Part shown: in pieces, positions 10,126-18,972 of the stretch
Numbering within the stretch: the stretch's first letter is position 1
Layout: each line of letters starts with the position of its first letter
Position numbers and translations under genes: made by a program
From: Bacilli bacterium
GTDB taxonomy: Bacteria > Bacillota_I > Bacilli_A > RF39 > UBA660
Direction: 5' to 3'
Assembly (NCBI GenBank): GCA_017409785.1
Contig: JAFQSD010000004.1
Location: 48,663-112,662 of the forward strand
DNA length: 64,000 nucleotides
Notes under the pieces: model-generated
The model's database searches: none
Told to the model about the DNA's origin: nothing
What the model saw: the letters and a program-made list of their open reading frames with translations, nothing else

Positions 10126-11910
10126 ATGAGTACAAAAGTAACAATAATTATACCTGTATATAAAGGTAAAAAATATATGAGAGAAGCAATTGATAGTGCA
10201 CTTGCTCAAACTTATAAAAATCTAGAAATATTAGTTATTAATGATGGTAGTCCTGATAATGGTGCTACTGATAAAATAGCAAGATCTTATGGTGATAAAG
10301 TTCGCTATATTTATAAAGAAAATGGTGGAGTATCAACAGTACTTAACATGGCTTTAAAAGAAATGACAGGAGATTATTTCTCATGGCTTTCCCATGATGA
10401 TGTATATTATCCAGAAAAAATAGAAGAAGAAGTTAAGTATCTAGAAGAACATAACTTAGTTGGTAAGAAAGCCATACTATACTCAGATTACGATTTAATA
10501 GATAAAGATAGCATCTTAATTACAAAATCAATAAAACCACATAAAGAAACAGTTGAAAAACCAGAATATGCCTTATTAAGAGGACATATTAATGGAATAA
10601 CTTTATTAATTCCAAAAAGAGCATTTGATGAATGTGGAAACTTTGATGAAAAACTAAGATGTGCTCAAGATTATGAACTTTGGTATAGAATGATGAAAGC
10701 AGGATATGACTTTATTCATATTCCAAAAATATTAGCTAAATCAAGAGTTCATGAAAATCAAGTAACAAACACTAATCCAAAAGTAGAATCAGAAGGAAAT
10801 AAATTCTGGATTGATATTACAGATGATATTCCTTATGAAAGTAAAGTAAGACTTGAAGGTAGTGAATATAATTACTATAAAGAAATGGAAAAATTCTTAA
10901 GAGAAACTACATATAAAAAAGCAGCAGATCATTGCTTGAAAAAAACACATGAAATGGAAAAACAAGCAGAAAAACAAGTTCCAAAAACTAAAGTATCAGT
11001 AATTTTACCATTTTATAATAATATTGATTTAGTAGTTCGCTCAGTTAATTCAGTACTAGACCAAACACATAAAAACTATGAATTATTATTAATTAATAAT
11101 GGTTCAAAAGATGATATTAGTGAAATTGAAAATTTAATTAAGAAGAATAAACAAATTAAATTAATTAACCTTAAACAAAATAAAGGTGAATCTAATGCTA
11201 AAAATGTAGGTATTGATAATGCAAAAGGAGAATACATTGCATTCTTAGATTGTTATTCAGAATTTCTACCTACAAAACTAGAAGTTCAATTAAAACAAAT
11301 GCTAGCATCAAGTAGTAAAATAGGACATACGTCATACTATAAAACTACTTCAGACAAGAATGAAGTTATTAATACTGGTATAGAAAACGGTGATGTTGTT
11401 TCTAAAATTATTTGGTCATGTGAAATATCTCCATCAACAGTTATGGTTGATAGAAAATATATTGAAGAAAATAATATTCGCTTCGAAACAAAAAATGAAA
11501 CTGCAGGAGATGAATGTTTCTATCTAACAATTCTAGCAAATAATACATTATTAGGAATTGATGAAGCGCTATCAACAGTTCCTTCACAAAAAGAAGAACA
11601 AAGTACAGAAGAACAATTAGATAGACTAAAAAATATTATGCGTTTTGTTTTAAATAATTCAAAACTACAAAAGTATAACTATGAGTTAGCTGGTTTAGCA
11701 AATAATTATATTAAAACAGCAACAGCACTTTCAAAAGAAAATGCTGATGATGAAATTGGAGCATATATTGATAGCCCAACAAGTCAAAAAATAAAGAACT
11801 CTAAATTAGTTAAACTAACTAAAAGAACAATTTCTTCATTTAAAGATGATGGATTTAGAAGTACATTTAAAAAGATTCAAAGAAAAGTAAAAAATAAATT
11901 AAAAAAATAA
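10126..11910 (+). CDS. two-domain family 2 glycosyltransferase (tandem GT2 modules)
   Basis: Module 1: VTIIIPVYKGKKYMREAIDSALAQTYKNLEILVINDGSPD, WLSHDD. Module 2: VSVILPFYNNIDLVVRSVNSVLDQTHKNYELLLINNGSKDD, FLDC. Confidence 0.85.
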   Translation: MSTKVTIIIPVYKGKKYMREAIDSALAQTYKNLEILVINDGSPDNGATDKIARSYGDKVRYIYKENGGVSTVLNMALKEMTGDYFSWLSHDDVYYPEKIEEEVKYLEEHNLVGKKAILYSDYDLIDKDSILITKSIKPHKETVEKPEYALLRGHINGITLLIPKRAFDECGNFDEKLRCAQDYELWYRMMKAGYDFIHIPKILAKSRVHENQVTNTNPKVESEGNKFWIDITDDIPYESKVRLEGSEYNYYKEMEKFLRETTYKKAADHCLKKTHEMEKQAEKQVPKTKVSVILPFYNNIDLVVRSVNSVLDQTHKNYELLLINNGSKDDISEIENLIKKNKQIKLINLKQNKGESNAKNVGIDNAKGEYIAFLDCYSEFLPTKLEVQLKQMLASSSKIGHTSYYKTTSDKNEVINTGIENGDVVSKIIWSCEISPSTVMVDRKYIEENNIRFETKNETAGDECFYLTILANNTLLGIDEALSTVPSQKEEQSTEEQLDRLKNIMRFVLNNSKLQKYNYELAGLANNYIKTATALSKENADDEIGAYIDSPTSQKIKNSKLVKLTKRTISSFKDDGFRSTFKKIQRKVKNKLKK

Positions 11911-11916
11911 TACTAT

Positions 11917-11946
11917 GTAAAAAAGTACTATTAAGTACTTTTTTAC
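11917..11946 (+). terminator. intrinsic terminator after the glycosyltransferase block
   Basis: Perfect hairpin gtaaaaaagtac...gtacttttttac. Confidence 0.6.
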
Positions 11947-11989
11947 TTGTAAAGTAAAGACCATATATATAGTAACTAAATTAGTCAAA

Positions 11990-12019
11990 TTGACTATAAC
12001 AAACACAATATGATATAAT
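11990..12019 (+). promoter_or_regulatory. sigma-A type promoter for the ABC exporter genes
   Basis: TTGACT at 11990-11995, an 18-nt spacer, and extended -10 TGATATAAT at 12011-12019. Confidence 0.6.
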
Positions 12020-12053
12020 CAACGAGAGAGAATTTATAAAGAGAGGTATTATA

Positions 12054-12866
12054 ATGACAGCAATAAAGAACATAATGGCTAACTTTAAAAAATATAAATT
12101 TTTGATGGGTCAATTAATATTAAGAGATTTTAAAATAAAATATAAGAGATCAGTTTTAGGAGTTGTTTGGAGTTTATTATATCCAATCCTAATGATGTCT
12201 GTAATGGCATTAGTTTTCTCAAATATGTTTAGATTTCAAGTTGAGGGAACAAGTTATTTAGTATATTTATTAACAGGAATTATTATGTTCCAATACTTTA
12301 GTGAAGCATCAAACTTAGCAATGACATCAGTAGTTTATAACTTCCCATTAATTAATAAAATATATATCCCTAAATATATTTTCCCATTAGCAAAATGTTT
12401 ATTCGTAGGTATTAACTTTGTATTATCATTAATACCATGGTTCTTAATAATAATATTAACTCAATTTGGATTAGGTAATTATCCAGCATCAATTAATTTA
12501 TATTATTTAATATTACCACTTATCTTTTTATGTTTATTACTATTCACAGTAGGAATGGGATTCTTCTTATCATGTGTATCAGTATTCTTAAGAGATGTAT
12601 TTTATATTTATGGAATTGTATTAACAATTTGGCAATATTTCACACCAATATTCTATAGTATTGAAATTATTCCAGCAAAACTACAATTCTTATTTGAATT
12701 TAATCCGTTATATCAATACTTAACTGCAACAAGATCAATAGTATTATATGGACAATGTCCATCTGCATTAAACTTAATTCTATGTGTAGTATATGCATTA
12801 ATCGCAATGCTAGTAGGTTGTATTGTATTTAAGAAAAATCAAGATAAATTCATTTACTATATTTAG
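12054..12866 (+). CDS. ABC-2 type polysaccharide/teichoic-acid exporter permease (Wzm/TagG-like)
   Basis: 270 aa with six TM helices. The N-terminus YKFLMGQLILRDFKIKYKRSVLGVVWSLLYP is typical of ABC-2 permeases. The ATPase gene follows directly. Confidence 0.85.
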   Translation: MTAIKNIMANFKKYKFLMGQLILRDFKIKYKRSVLGVVWSLLYPILMMSVMALVFSNMFRFQVEGTSYLVYLLTGIIMFQYFSEASNLAMTSVVYNFPLINKIYIPKYIFPLAKCLFVGINFVLSLIPWFLIIILTQFGLGNYPASINLYYLILPLIFLCLLLFTVGMGFFLSCVSVFLRDVFYIYGIVLTIWQYFTPIFYSIEIIPAKLQFLFEFNPLYQYLTATRSIVLYGQCPSALNLILCVVYALIAMLVGCIVFKKNQDKFIYYI

Positions 12867-12881
12867 GAGAGGAGAAATAAT

Positions 12882-13619
12882 ATGATAAAATTAGAAAATA
12901 TTTCCATGAAATTTAATCTAGGAATTGAAAAGAATTATTCAATTAAAGAAGCATTTATTTCTATCTTCGATAAGAAACGTCGTCCAAAGAAAACAGACTT
13001 TTGGGCATTAAATGACGTATCATTTGAAATCAAACAAGGCGAAGTAATTGGACTAATTGGAAGTAACGGAGCTGGTAAAAGTACTCTATTAAAAGTAGTT
13101 AGTGGAGTTATGAAACCAACTAAAGGAAAAGTTACAGTAAATGGTCAAGTATCTCCAATGATTGAATTAGGAGCTGGATTTGACTTTGAACTAACAGCAA
13201 GAGAAAACATCTATTTAAATGGTGCCATTTTAGGATATTCAAAAAAATTCATTGATGAAAAATTTGATGAAATAGTTGAATTCTCTGAATTAAGAGATTT
13301 CTTAGATGCTCCTGTTAAAAACTTCTCATCAGGTATGATTGCAAAACTAGCATTCTCAATCGCAACAGTTGTTGATCCAGAAATCTTAATTGTTGATGAA
13401 ATTCTATCTGTAGGAGATATCAAATTCCAAGAAAAAAGTAAAAATAAAATGATGGAAATGATCAAAGGTGGAACAACAGTACTATACGTATCACACTCAT
13501 TAGAATCAATCGAAGAATTATGTGATAGAGTAGTATGGTTAGAACACGGTAAATTAATTAAGATTGGTAATACCAAAGAAATTTGTAAAGAATACTATAA
13601 AAAACAATTAAATAAATAA
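12882..13619 (+). CDS. ABC exporter ATP-binding protein (Wzt/TagH-like, no C-terminal carbohydrate-binding extension)
   Basis: Walker A GSNGAGKSTLLK, signature FSSGMIAKLAF, Walker B ILIVDE. It is only 245 aa. Confidence 0.9.
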   Translation: MIKLENISMKFNLGIEKNYSIKEAFISIFDKKRRPKKTDFWALNDVSFEIKQGEVIGLIGSNGAGKSTLLKVVSGVMKPTKGKVTVNGQVSPMIELGAGFDFELTARENIYLNGAILGYSKKFIDEKFDEIVEFSELRDFLDAPVKNFSSGMIAKLAFSIATVVDPEILIVDEILSVGDIKFQEKSKNKMMEMIKGGTTVLYVSHSLESIEELCDRVVWLEHGKLIKIGNTKEICKEYYKKQLNK

Positions 13620-13647
13620 AAGAGAACTAATTTAGTTCTCTTTTTTC
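13618..13647 (+). terminator. intrinsic terminator ending the polysaccharide locus
   Basis: agagaacta-att-tagttctct followed by T6. Confidence 0.7.
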
Positions 13648-13729
13648 AATTATGTGAAAATGTGGTGATATCTAGTAATTTTCACAATTTTGTGGTATGA
13701 TAAGCATATGTCGAGGAGATGATGTAATC

Positions 13730-14662
13730 TTGAGAAAATGCGTTATTATCATAAATCCCGAAAGTGGAAAGAAGAAAAAATTAAAAAATTATAATATATT
13801 TTATGACACATTAAGAAAATATGGTTACGATACTGAAATAATATTTACCAAAAGAAAAGGTCATGCTACTGAAATTGTTCAAGAATTAGACAAGAATATT
13901 GACCTTGTTATCAGCGCCGGAGGAGACGGAACACTAAATGAAGTTGTAACTGGTAACATGCAAAGAAAACACAAACTATTAATAGCTAATCTACCTTTAG
14001 GTACAACTAATGATGTAGGTAATATGTATGGTTATACAAAAGATATTAAAAGTAATCTAGAAATATTATTAGAAGGAAAACCTAAAAAGATTGATGTTTG
14101 CTATATTAATGATACTGCTTTTGTATATGTAGCTTGTTTAGGAGACTACATTGATATGGCTTACAATACACCACGACAATTAAAGAAAAAATATGGAAAA
14201 CTTGCTTATATTTTATATGGATTAAAACAATTAAGACCTAAAATTCATTCTTATAACATAAAATATAAAGTAAATGGTAGAGAGCATGAAGGAAAATATT
14301 CATTCTTCTTTATCACTAATTCATCACGTGTAGCAGGAGTTTCTGATATTTATTATGATGTTAAACTAGATGATAATAAATTTGAAGTAGCTTTCGCAGA
14401 TGTCAAAAACTACCGAGATTTAGTAAAGATGTTTATATTAATGAATGTTGTAGATATTAAAGATATTCCAGGAATAACATATTACAAAACAAATAATTTA
14501 GAAATTGAATTTTATGATAATCCTAAAACATCATGGTGTGTTGATGGAGAAGAATATACAAATCCAGTACACAAATATAAATTTAGGGTAGAAAAAGACA
14601 TGAAAATGTTAATGCCTAGAAAAAATATTAAAGAATTATTTGAAGAGGAAAATGTTGAGTAA
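13730..14662 (+). CDS. dagK: diacylglycerol/lipid kinase family protein (DagK/YegS-like)
   Basis: IIINPESGKKK and SAGGDGTLNEV motifs. The ORF-track ATG at 13697 lies inside a TGGTATGAT extended -10-like element, so I prefer the TTG at 13730. The start is uncertain. Confidence 0.75.
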   Translation: MRKCVIIINPESGKKKKLKNYNIFYDTLRKYGYDTEIIFTKRKGHATEIVQELDKNIDLVISAGGDGTLNEVVTGNMQRKHKLLIANLPLGTTNDVGNMYGYTKDIKSNLEILLEGKPKKIDVCYINDTAFVYVACLGDYIDMAYNTPRQLKKKYGKLAYILYGLKQLRPKIHSYNIKYKVNGREHEGKYSFFFITNSSRVAGVSDIYYDVKLDDNKFEVAFADVKNYRDLVKMFILMNVVDIKDIPGITYYKTNNLEIEFYDNPKTSWCVDGEEYTNPVHKYKFRVEKDMKMLMPRKNIKELFEEENVE

Positions 14663-15476
14663 TATGAAAAAAGTAAAAAAGGAAAAGAAACCAAGTTTTA
14701 CTAAGAGACTATTAGAAGGAAAAGAAAAATCCACAATCATAACTTACTTAGTATTACGTCTATTAGTAATAGTTTGTATGGTTGGACAAGCTATGCATAA
14801 AAACTGGGAAAATGTATTTTTATGTATGTTAACACTAGTAATGTTCACAGTACCAACACTATTAGAAAAAAAACTTAAAATAGATTTTCCATCTACTTTA
14901 GAAATTATTGTATATTTATTCATTTTTGCTGCAGAAATATTAGGTGAAATTCAAAACTTCTATGGAATATTTGAAACATGGGACACAATGCTACATACGT
15001 TAAATGGGTTTCTCTGCGCAGCAGTAGGATTCTCACTTATCGATATAATCAATAGAGAGGAAAGATTTAATATTAAATTATCTCCATTATTTCTATCGTT
15101 AGTAGCATTCTGTTTCTCAATGACAGTAGGAGTTATGTGGGAATTCTTCGAATTCACCGCAGATAGATACTTCTTATTTGATATGCAAAAAGATAGAGTA
15201 GTAGATGTAGTTTCCTCAGTATCATTAAATGATAAAAATGAAAATAAAGTTGAAATAATAGATAATATAGATAAAACAATAATCTATACAAAAGATAATG
15301 AACAAATAGTAATTGAAGATGGCTATTTAGAATTAGGAGTAATTGATACAATGAAAGATTTATTTGTAAACTTCATTGGAGCAGTAGTATTTTCAATATT
15401 TGGTTTTCTCTATGTAATAAATAGAGAAAAATATAAAGGATTAGAGAAAATAATTCCTAGAGTAAAAAGAGATTAA
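14640..15476 (+). CDS. integral membrane protein, unknown function
   Basis: 278 aa with about 5 TM helices and a soluble insert. Alternative starts at 14652 and 14664 avoid overlap with dagK. Confidence 0.5.
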   Translation: MKRKMLSNMKKVKKEKKPSFTKRLLEGKEKSTIITYLVLRLLVIVCMVGQAMHKNWENVFLCMLTLVMFTVPTLLEKKLKIDFPSTLEIIVYLFIFAAEILGEIQNFYGIFETWDTMLHTLNGFLCAAVGFSLIDIINREERFNIKLSPLFLSLVAFCFSMTVGVMWEFFEFTADRYFLFDMQKDRVVDVVSSVSLNDKNENKVEIIDNIDKTIIYTKDNEQIVIEDGYLELGVIDTMKDLFVNFIGAVVFSIFGFLYVINREKYKGLEKIIPRVKRD

Positions 15477-15536
15477 TATAATTTCTTTTTTTATCAAATG
15501 TGATATCATATTAGATAGAATAAGAGGTAGTTGTAA

Positions 15537-16208
15537 ATGAAGAAAGTAAATAAAGAAAAGACGGAGAAAAAATTAACTATAAAATTAATACTATGTATTG
15601 TATATTTAATAGTTATAACAATTTTATTTGTCTGTTCATACCAACTTTTCCAATCCAAATATAGTGCTAAACCTTGGGGAGAAGTTGAAAGTGTAGATGA
15701 ATATTCATATATCAATGTATCCAGAATGTCAGAAAAATTCGCTTATTATGAAAAAGAAAATATAGGAATTCACTTTGTAATAGAAAAAGAATCAACTGGA
15801 GTATGGCATACATATTTAATCGCAATTGATGAAAATGATTATGATAAATATAAAGAAATAATTGACTATACATATGAACGAACAAAAGAAGAACCAAAAC
15901 CATTAAAAGTATATGGTTATCCAGAAATAATTAAATCAGACCTAAAAGGTTTAGCTATAAAAAATATAGTTAATTTCGTACCAGCAGAAAATGAAGTAAC
16001 CATTACAGAAGATAACTTTGAAACATATTTAACTAATAGTTACTTAGATACAACTAAAGAAAAACAAGATTATTTTAGTATCATTTTATTTATAACACTA
16101 ATCTTATTATTTATTATGATAGCTTTATTCTTATTCACAGTATTTGATAAGAATAAAGTAATAAGTTTACCAAAAGTAAAAAAAGAAAAACTAAATAATA
16201 AAAACTAA
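15537..16208 (+). CDS. hypothetical protein with N- and C-terminal TM anchors
   Basis: 223 aa. It has one hydrophobic helix near each end and no recognisable catalytic motif. Confidence 0.45.
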   Translation: MKKVNKEKTEKKLTIKLILCIVYLIVITILFVCSYQLFQSKYSAKPWGEVESVDEYSYINVSRMSEKFAYYEKENIGIHFVIEKESTGVWHTYLIAIDENDYDKYKEIIDYTYERTKEEPKPLKVYGYPEIIKSDLKGLAIKNIVNFVPAENEVTITEDNFETYLTNSYLDTTKEKQDYFSIILFITLILLFIMIALFLFTVFDKNKVISLPKVKKEKLNNKN

Positions 16209-16250
16209 TAAATTCCATATATCCTCATATACTACTAAAAGGAGGAATAT

Positions 16251-17489
16251 ATGGAATTTTTTGAATTAACAGAAAAAGAATATCAAAACTACTGGGAAAA
16301 TCATCCATTAAAAACTTTTCTATCTTCTATAGAAATAGGTAAACTAAGACAAAAAAGAAACTGGAATGTTAATTATGTAGGAATAAAAGAAAATAATAAT
16401 ATATATGGCGCAGCCATGCTTTTAAGTAAGAAAAAACATCTTAACAAATACGAATTCTATAGTCCTAGAGGATTCTTAATAGACTATAATAATAAAGAAT
16501 TATTAGACTTCTTTACCAAAGAAATTATTAAATATATAAAAAATAAAAATGGCTATATATTAAGAATAGACCCATATATCATTAATAAAGAAAGAGATAT
16601 AAATGGAGATATAGTTGAAAATGGACAAGACAATAAAATGATTATAGAACACCTAAATAACTTAGGTTTTAATAAAATTAAAACATCCAAGAACGAACAA
16701 GTATCATGGATGTTTTCATTAGATTTAGCTGGTAAAACAGAAGAACAAATTTTAAATGAAATGAAACCAAATACTAGAAATATAATAAAAAAAGTAGAGA
16801 AAAATGGCATTCGAATAAAAGAACTAGAATTTAATGAATTACCAGTATTTAGTGATATTCTAAATAAAACAGCAAAAAGAAAAGATTTTCATCCACGAAG
16901 TATAGAATATTATGAAGATATGTATAATCTTTTTCATCATAAAAATGAAGTTAAGTATTATATAACTGAATTAAATATAAATGAATATGTCGAAATACTA
17001 ACCAAAGATCTAGCAGAAAAACAAGAAAAACTAAAATCTAAAAATATGAAAAAAACTAGAAGAGAAGAATTAGAAAAAGATATCCAAACAATAGAAAGAA
17101 AAATAAAAGAAGCAAAAGATATAAAAGATAAAACAAAAAGTGATATAATAACTTTATCAGGATCTATGTTTATGTTCATTAAACCAGAAATAGTATACTT
17201 ATCAAGTGGTAACTATGAAGAATACTTAAAGTTTAATTCACAGTATCTCTTACAATGGGAAGTAATAAAGTATGGATTAAACAATGGTTATAAAAAACAT
17301 AACTTTTATGGTATCCCAGAAAATATAAATAACCATCCTGATAATTATGGTATTTATGAATTTAAAAAGGGTTTTAATGGATATGTTGAGGAATTAATAG
17401 GAGAGTATGAACTACCAATTACAAATTACTATTACTTACATAAATTATTCCAAAAGCTCAAGGAGGTAAAATATGCATTACACTTATAA
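16251..17489 (+). CDS. FemAB-family peptidoglycan interpeptide-bridge aminoacyltransferase
   Basis: 412 aa. The N-terminus FFELTEKEYQNYWENHPLKTFLSSIEIGKLRQKRNW is typical, there is a central coiled-coil insert (KDLAEKQEKLKSKNMKK...), and the C-terminus has YEFKKGFNG. Confidence 0.85.
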   Translation: MEFFELTEKEYQNYWENHPLKTFLSSIEIGKLRQKRNWNVNYVGIKENNNIYGAAMLLSKKKHLNKYEFYSPRGFLIDYNNKELLDFFTKEIIKYIKNKNGYILRIDPYIINKERDINGDIVENGQDNKMIIEHLNNLGFNKIKTSKNEQVSWMFSLDLAGKTEEQILNEMKPNTRNIIKKVEKNGIRIKELEFNELPVFSDILNKTAKRKDFHPRSIEYYEDMYNLFHHKNEVKYYITELNINEYVEILTKDLAEKQEKLKSKNMKKTRREELEKDIQTIERKIKEAKDIKDKTKSDIITLSGSMFMFIKPEIVYLSSGNYEEYLKFNSQYLLQWEVIKYGLNNGYKKHNFYGIPENINNHPDNYGIYEFKKGFNGYVEELIGEYELPITNYYYLHKLFQKLKEVKYALHL

Positions 17490-17721
17490 AACAAAAGGAA
17501 CATGTTCTACACAAATTGATTTCGATATCAAGGATAATAAAATATATAATGTTGAATACACAAGAGGTTGTAATGGGAATCTAAAAGCAATTGCTTCACT
17601 AGTAGAAGGACAAGAAGTAGATGAAGTAATAAAAAAATTAAGTGGTATTACTTGTGGATTTAAAAATACATCTTGTGGTGATCAACTAGCAAAAGCACTA
17701 GAAGAAATAAAAGTAAAATAG
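17473..17721 (+). CDS. TSCPD-domain protein (TIGR03905-like)
   Basis: 82 aa: YKTKGTCSTQIDFDIKDNKIYNVEYTRGCNGNLKAIASLVEGQEVDEVIKKLSGITCG...SCGDQLAKAL. It overlaps the femAB stop by 17 nt. Confidence 0.75.
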   Translation: MHYTYKTKGTCSTQIDFDIKDNKIYNVEYTRGCNGNLKAIASLVEGQEVDEVIKKLSGITCGFKNTSCGDQLAKALEEIKVK

Positions 17722-17743
17722 TACTTTACACACCACAAATATA

Positions 17744-17877
17744 TGTTATAATGAATTCATCAACGGACTTACCATATGCTGATGAATAGACAATTTGGAC
17801 GATAATTTATATTTTTAGGTAAGAAAAATATATCTATTCGGGAATACTTTGCGAAAGCAAGGTATTCCCTTTTTTTT
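17744..17877 (+). ncRNA. candidate small RNA (promoter to terminator unit of about 120 nt, no credible ORF)
   Basis: Extended -10 TGTTATAAT at 17744-17752 with TTTACA 16 nt upstream. Internal hairpin tatattttt/aaaaatata. Strong terminator gggaatac-tttgcgaaagcaa-gtattccc plus T8 at 17840-17877. CTTACC (17768-17773) is complementary to GGTAAG (17818-17823). Confidence 0.4.
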
Positions 17878-17965
17878 GTCCCTAAAGGAGGTGTTATCAA
17901 AATAAATATTTAATTAAAACAAAAAAACAATAAACAAAAATAAAAAAAAGGAAGGAGAAAGAAAT

Positions 17966-18901
17966 ATGAAAAATGAAATAATAATATTTGAAGATCAAAA
18001 TGTAAAATTAGAAGTAAATATGAAAGATGAGACAGTATGGTTAAACCAAGAACAAATTAGCATACTTTTTGGTAAGGCAAAATCAACTATAAATGAACAT
18101 ATAAAAAATATTTATAGTGAAGGAGAATTGATAGAAGAAGAAACGTTAAGTAAATTCGGAAATTCCGAATTAAGCACTAAACCAACAAATTATTACAATT
18201 TAGATGTAATTATAAGTGTAGGCTATAGAGTAAAGTCACAACGAGGAATCGCATTTAGAAAATGGGCAACAAAAGTATTAAAAGATTACATGATGAAAGG
18301 ATATGCAGTAAATAAACAACGACTTGAGTATCTAGAAAAAACAGTTAAATTAATAGATATTGCCAATAGAATGGATGATAGGCTAGAAAGTAATGAAGCT
18401 AAAGAAATACTAAGAGTAATTGGTACTTATTCTAAAGCCCTTAATGTCTTAGATGATTATGATCATCGTACTTTACAAAAGTTAAAAGGGAAAAATAGTA
18501 ATCTAAGAATAGAATATAATGAATGTTTAGAGGTAATAAACAAATTACGTTTTAACGAAGAAAGTGATTTATTTGCCTTAGAAAAAAATAAAGGACTTGA
18601 ATCTATAATCAACAATATTTATCAAACTTTTGGTGGACAAGAAGTATATCCATCCATAGAGGAAAAAGCTGCTAATTTTATTTATATGATAGTAAAAAAC
18701 CATGTTTTTATTGATGGAAATAAACGTATAGCAGCAACACTATTTATATATTTTCTACAATTCTATAACATACTTTATATAAATGAAAAACAAGTCATTG
18801 ATAATAATACATTAGTTGCTTTAACACTTTTAATAGCAGAATCAAATCCAAAAGAAAAAGATATAATAGTTGATTTAATAATGAACTTCCTTACAAATTA
18901 A
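17966..18901 (+). CDS. RhuM/Fic/DOC family protein (RhuM-like N-domain fused to a Doc-type Fic domain)
   Basis: N-domain YYNLDVIISVGYRVKSQRGIAFRKWATKVLKDYMMKGYAVN is the RhuM signature. The C-domain NHVFIDGNKRIAATLF matches the Fic/Doc core H-x-F-x-D-G-N-K-R. Confidence 0.75.
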   Translation: MKNEIIIFEDQNVKLEVNMKDETVWLNQEQISILFGKAKSTINEHIKNIYSEGELIEEETLSKFGNSELSTKPTNYYNLDVIISVGYRVKSQRGIAFRKWATKVLKDYMMKGYAVNKQRLEYLEKTVKLIDIANRMDDRLESNEAKEILRVIGTYSKALNVLDDYDHRTLQKLKGKNSNLRIEYNECLEVINKLRFNEESDLFALEKNKGLESIINNIYQTFGGQEVYPSIEEKAANFIYMIVKNHVFIDGNKRIAATLFIYFLQFYNILYINEKQVIDNNTLVALTLLIAESNPKEKDIIVDLIMNFLTN

Positions 18902-18972
18902 AAAGAATAGTTTAGTTTTACCAATATTTTTGATATAATTAATTTGAATTATTTTAAAGGTAGGCGAACGAT

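Noticed and set aside
17751-17789. 12-codon ORF (MNSSTDLPYADE) inside the candidate sRNA.
   Set aside because: Its ATG lies within the -10 hexamer, upstream of the predicted transcription start, and it has no SD.
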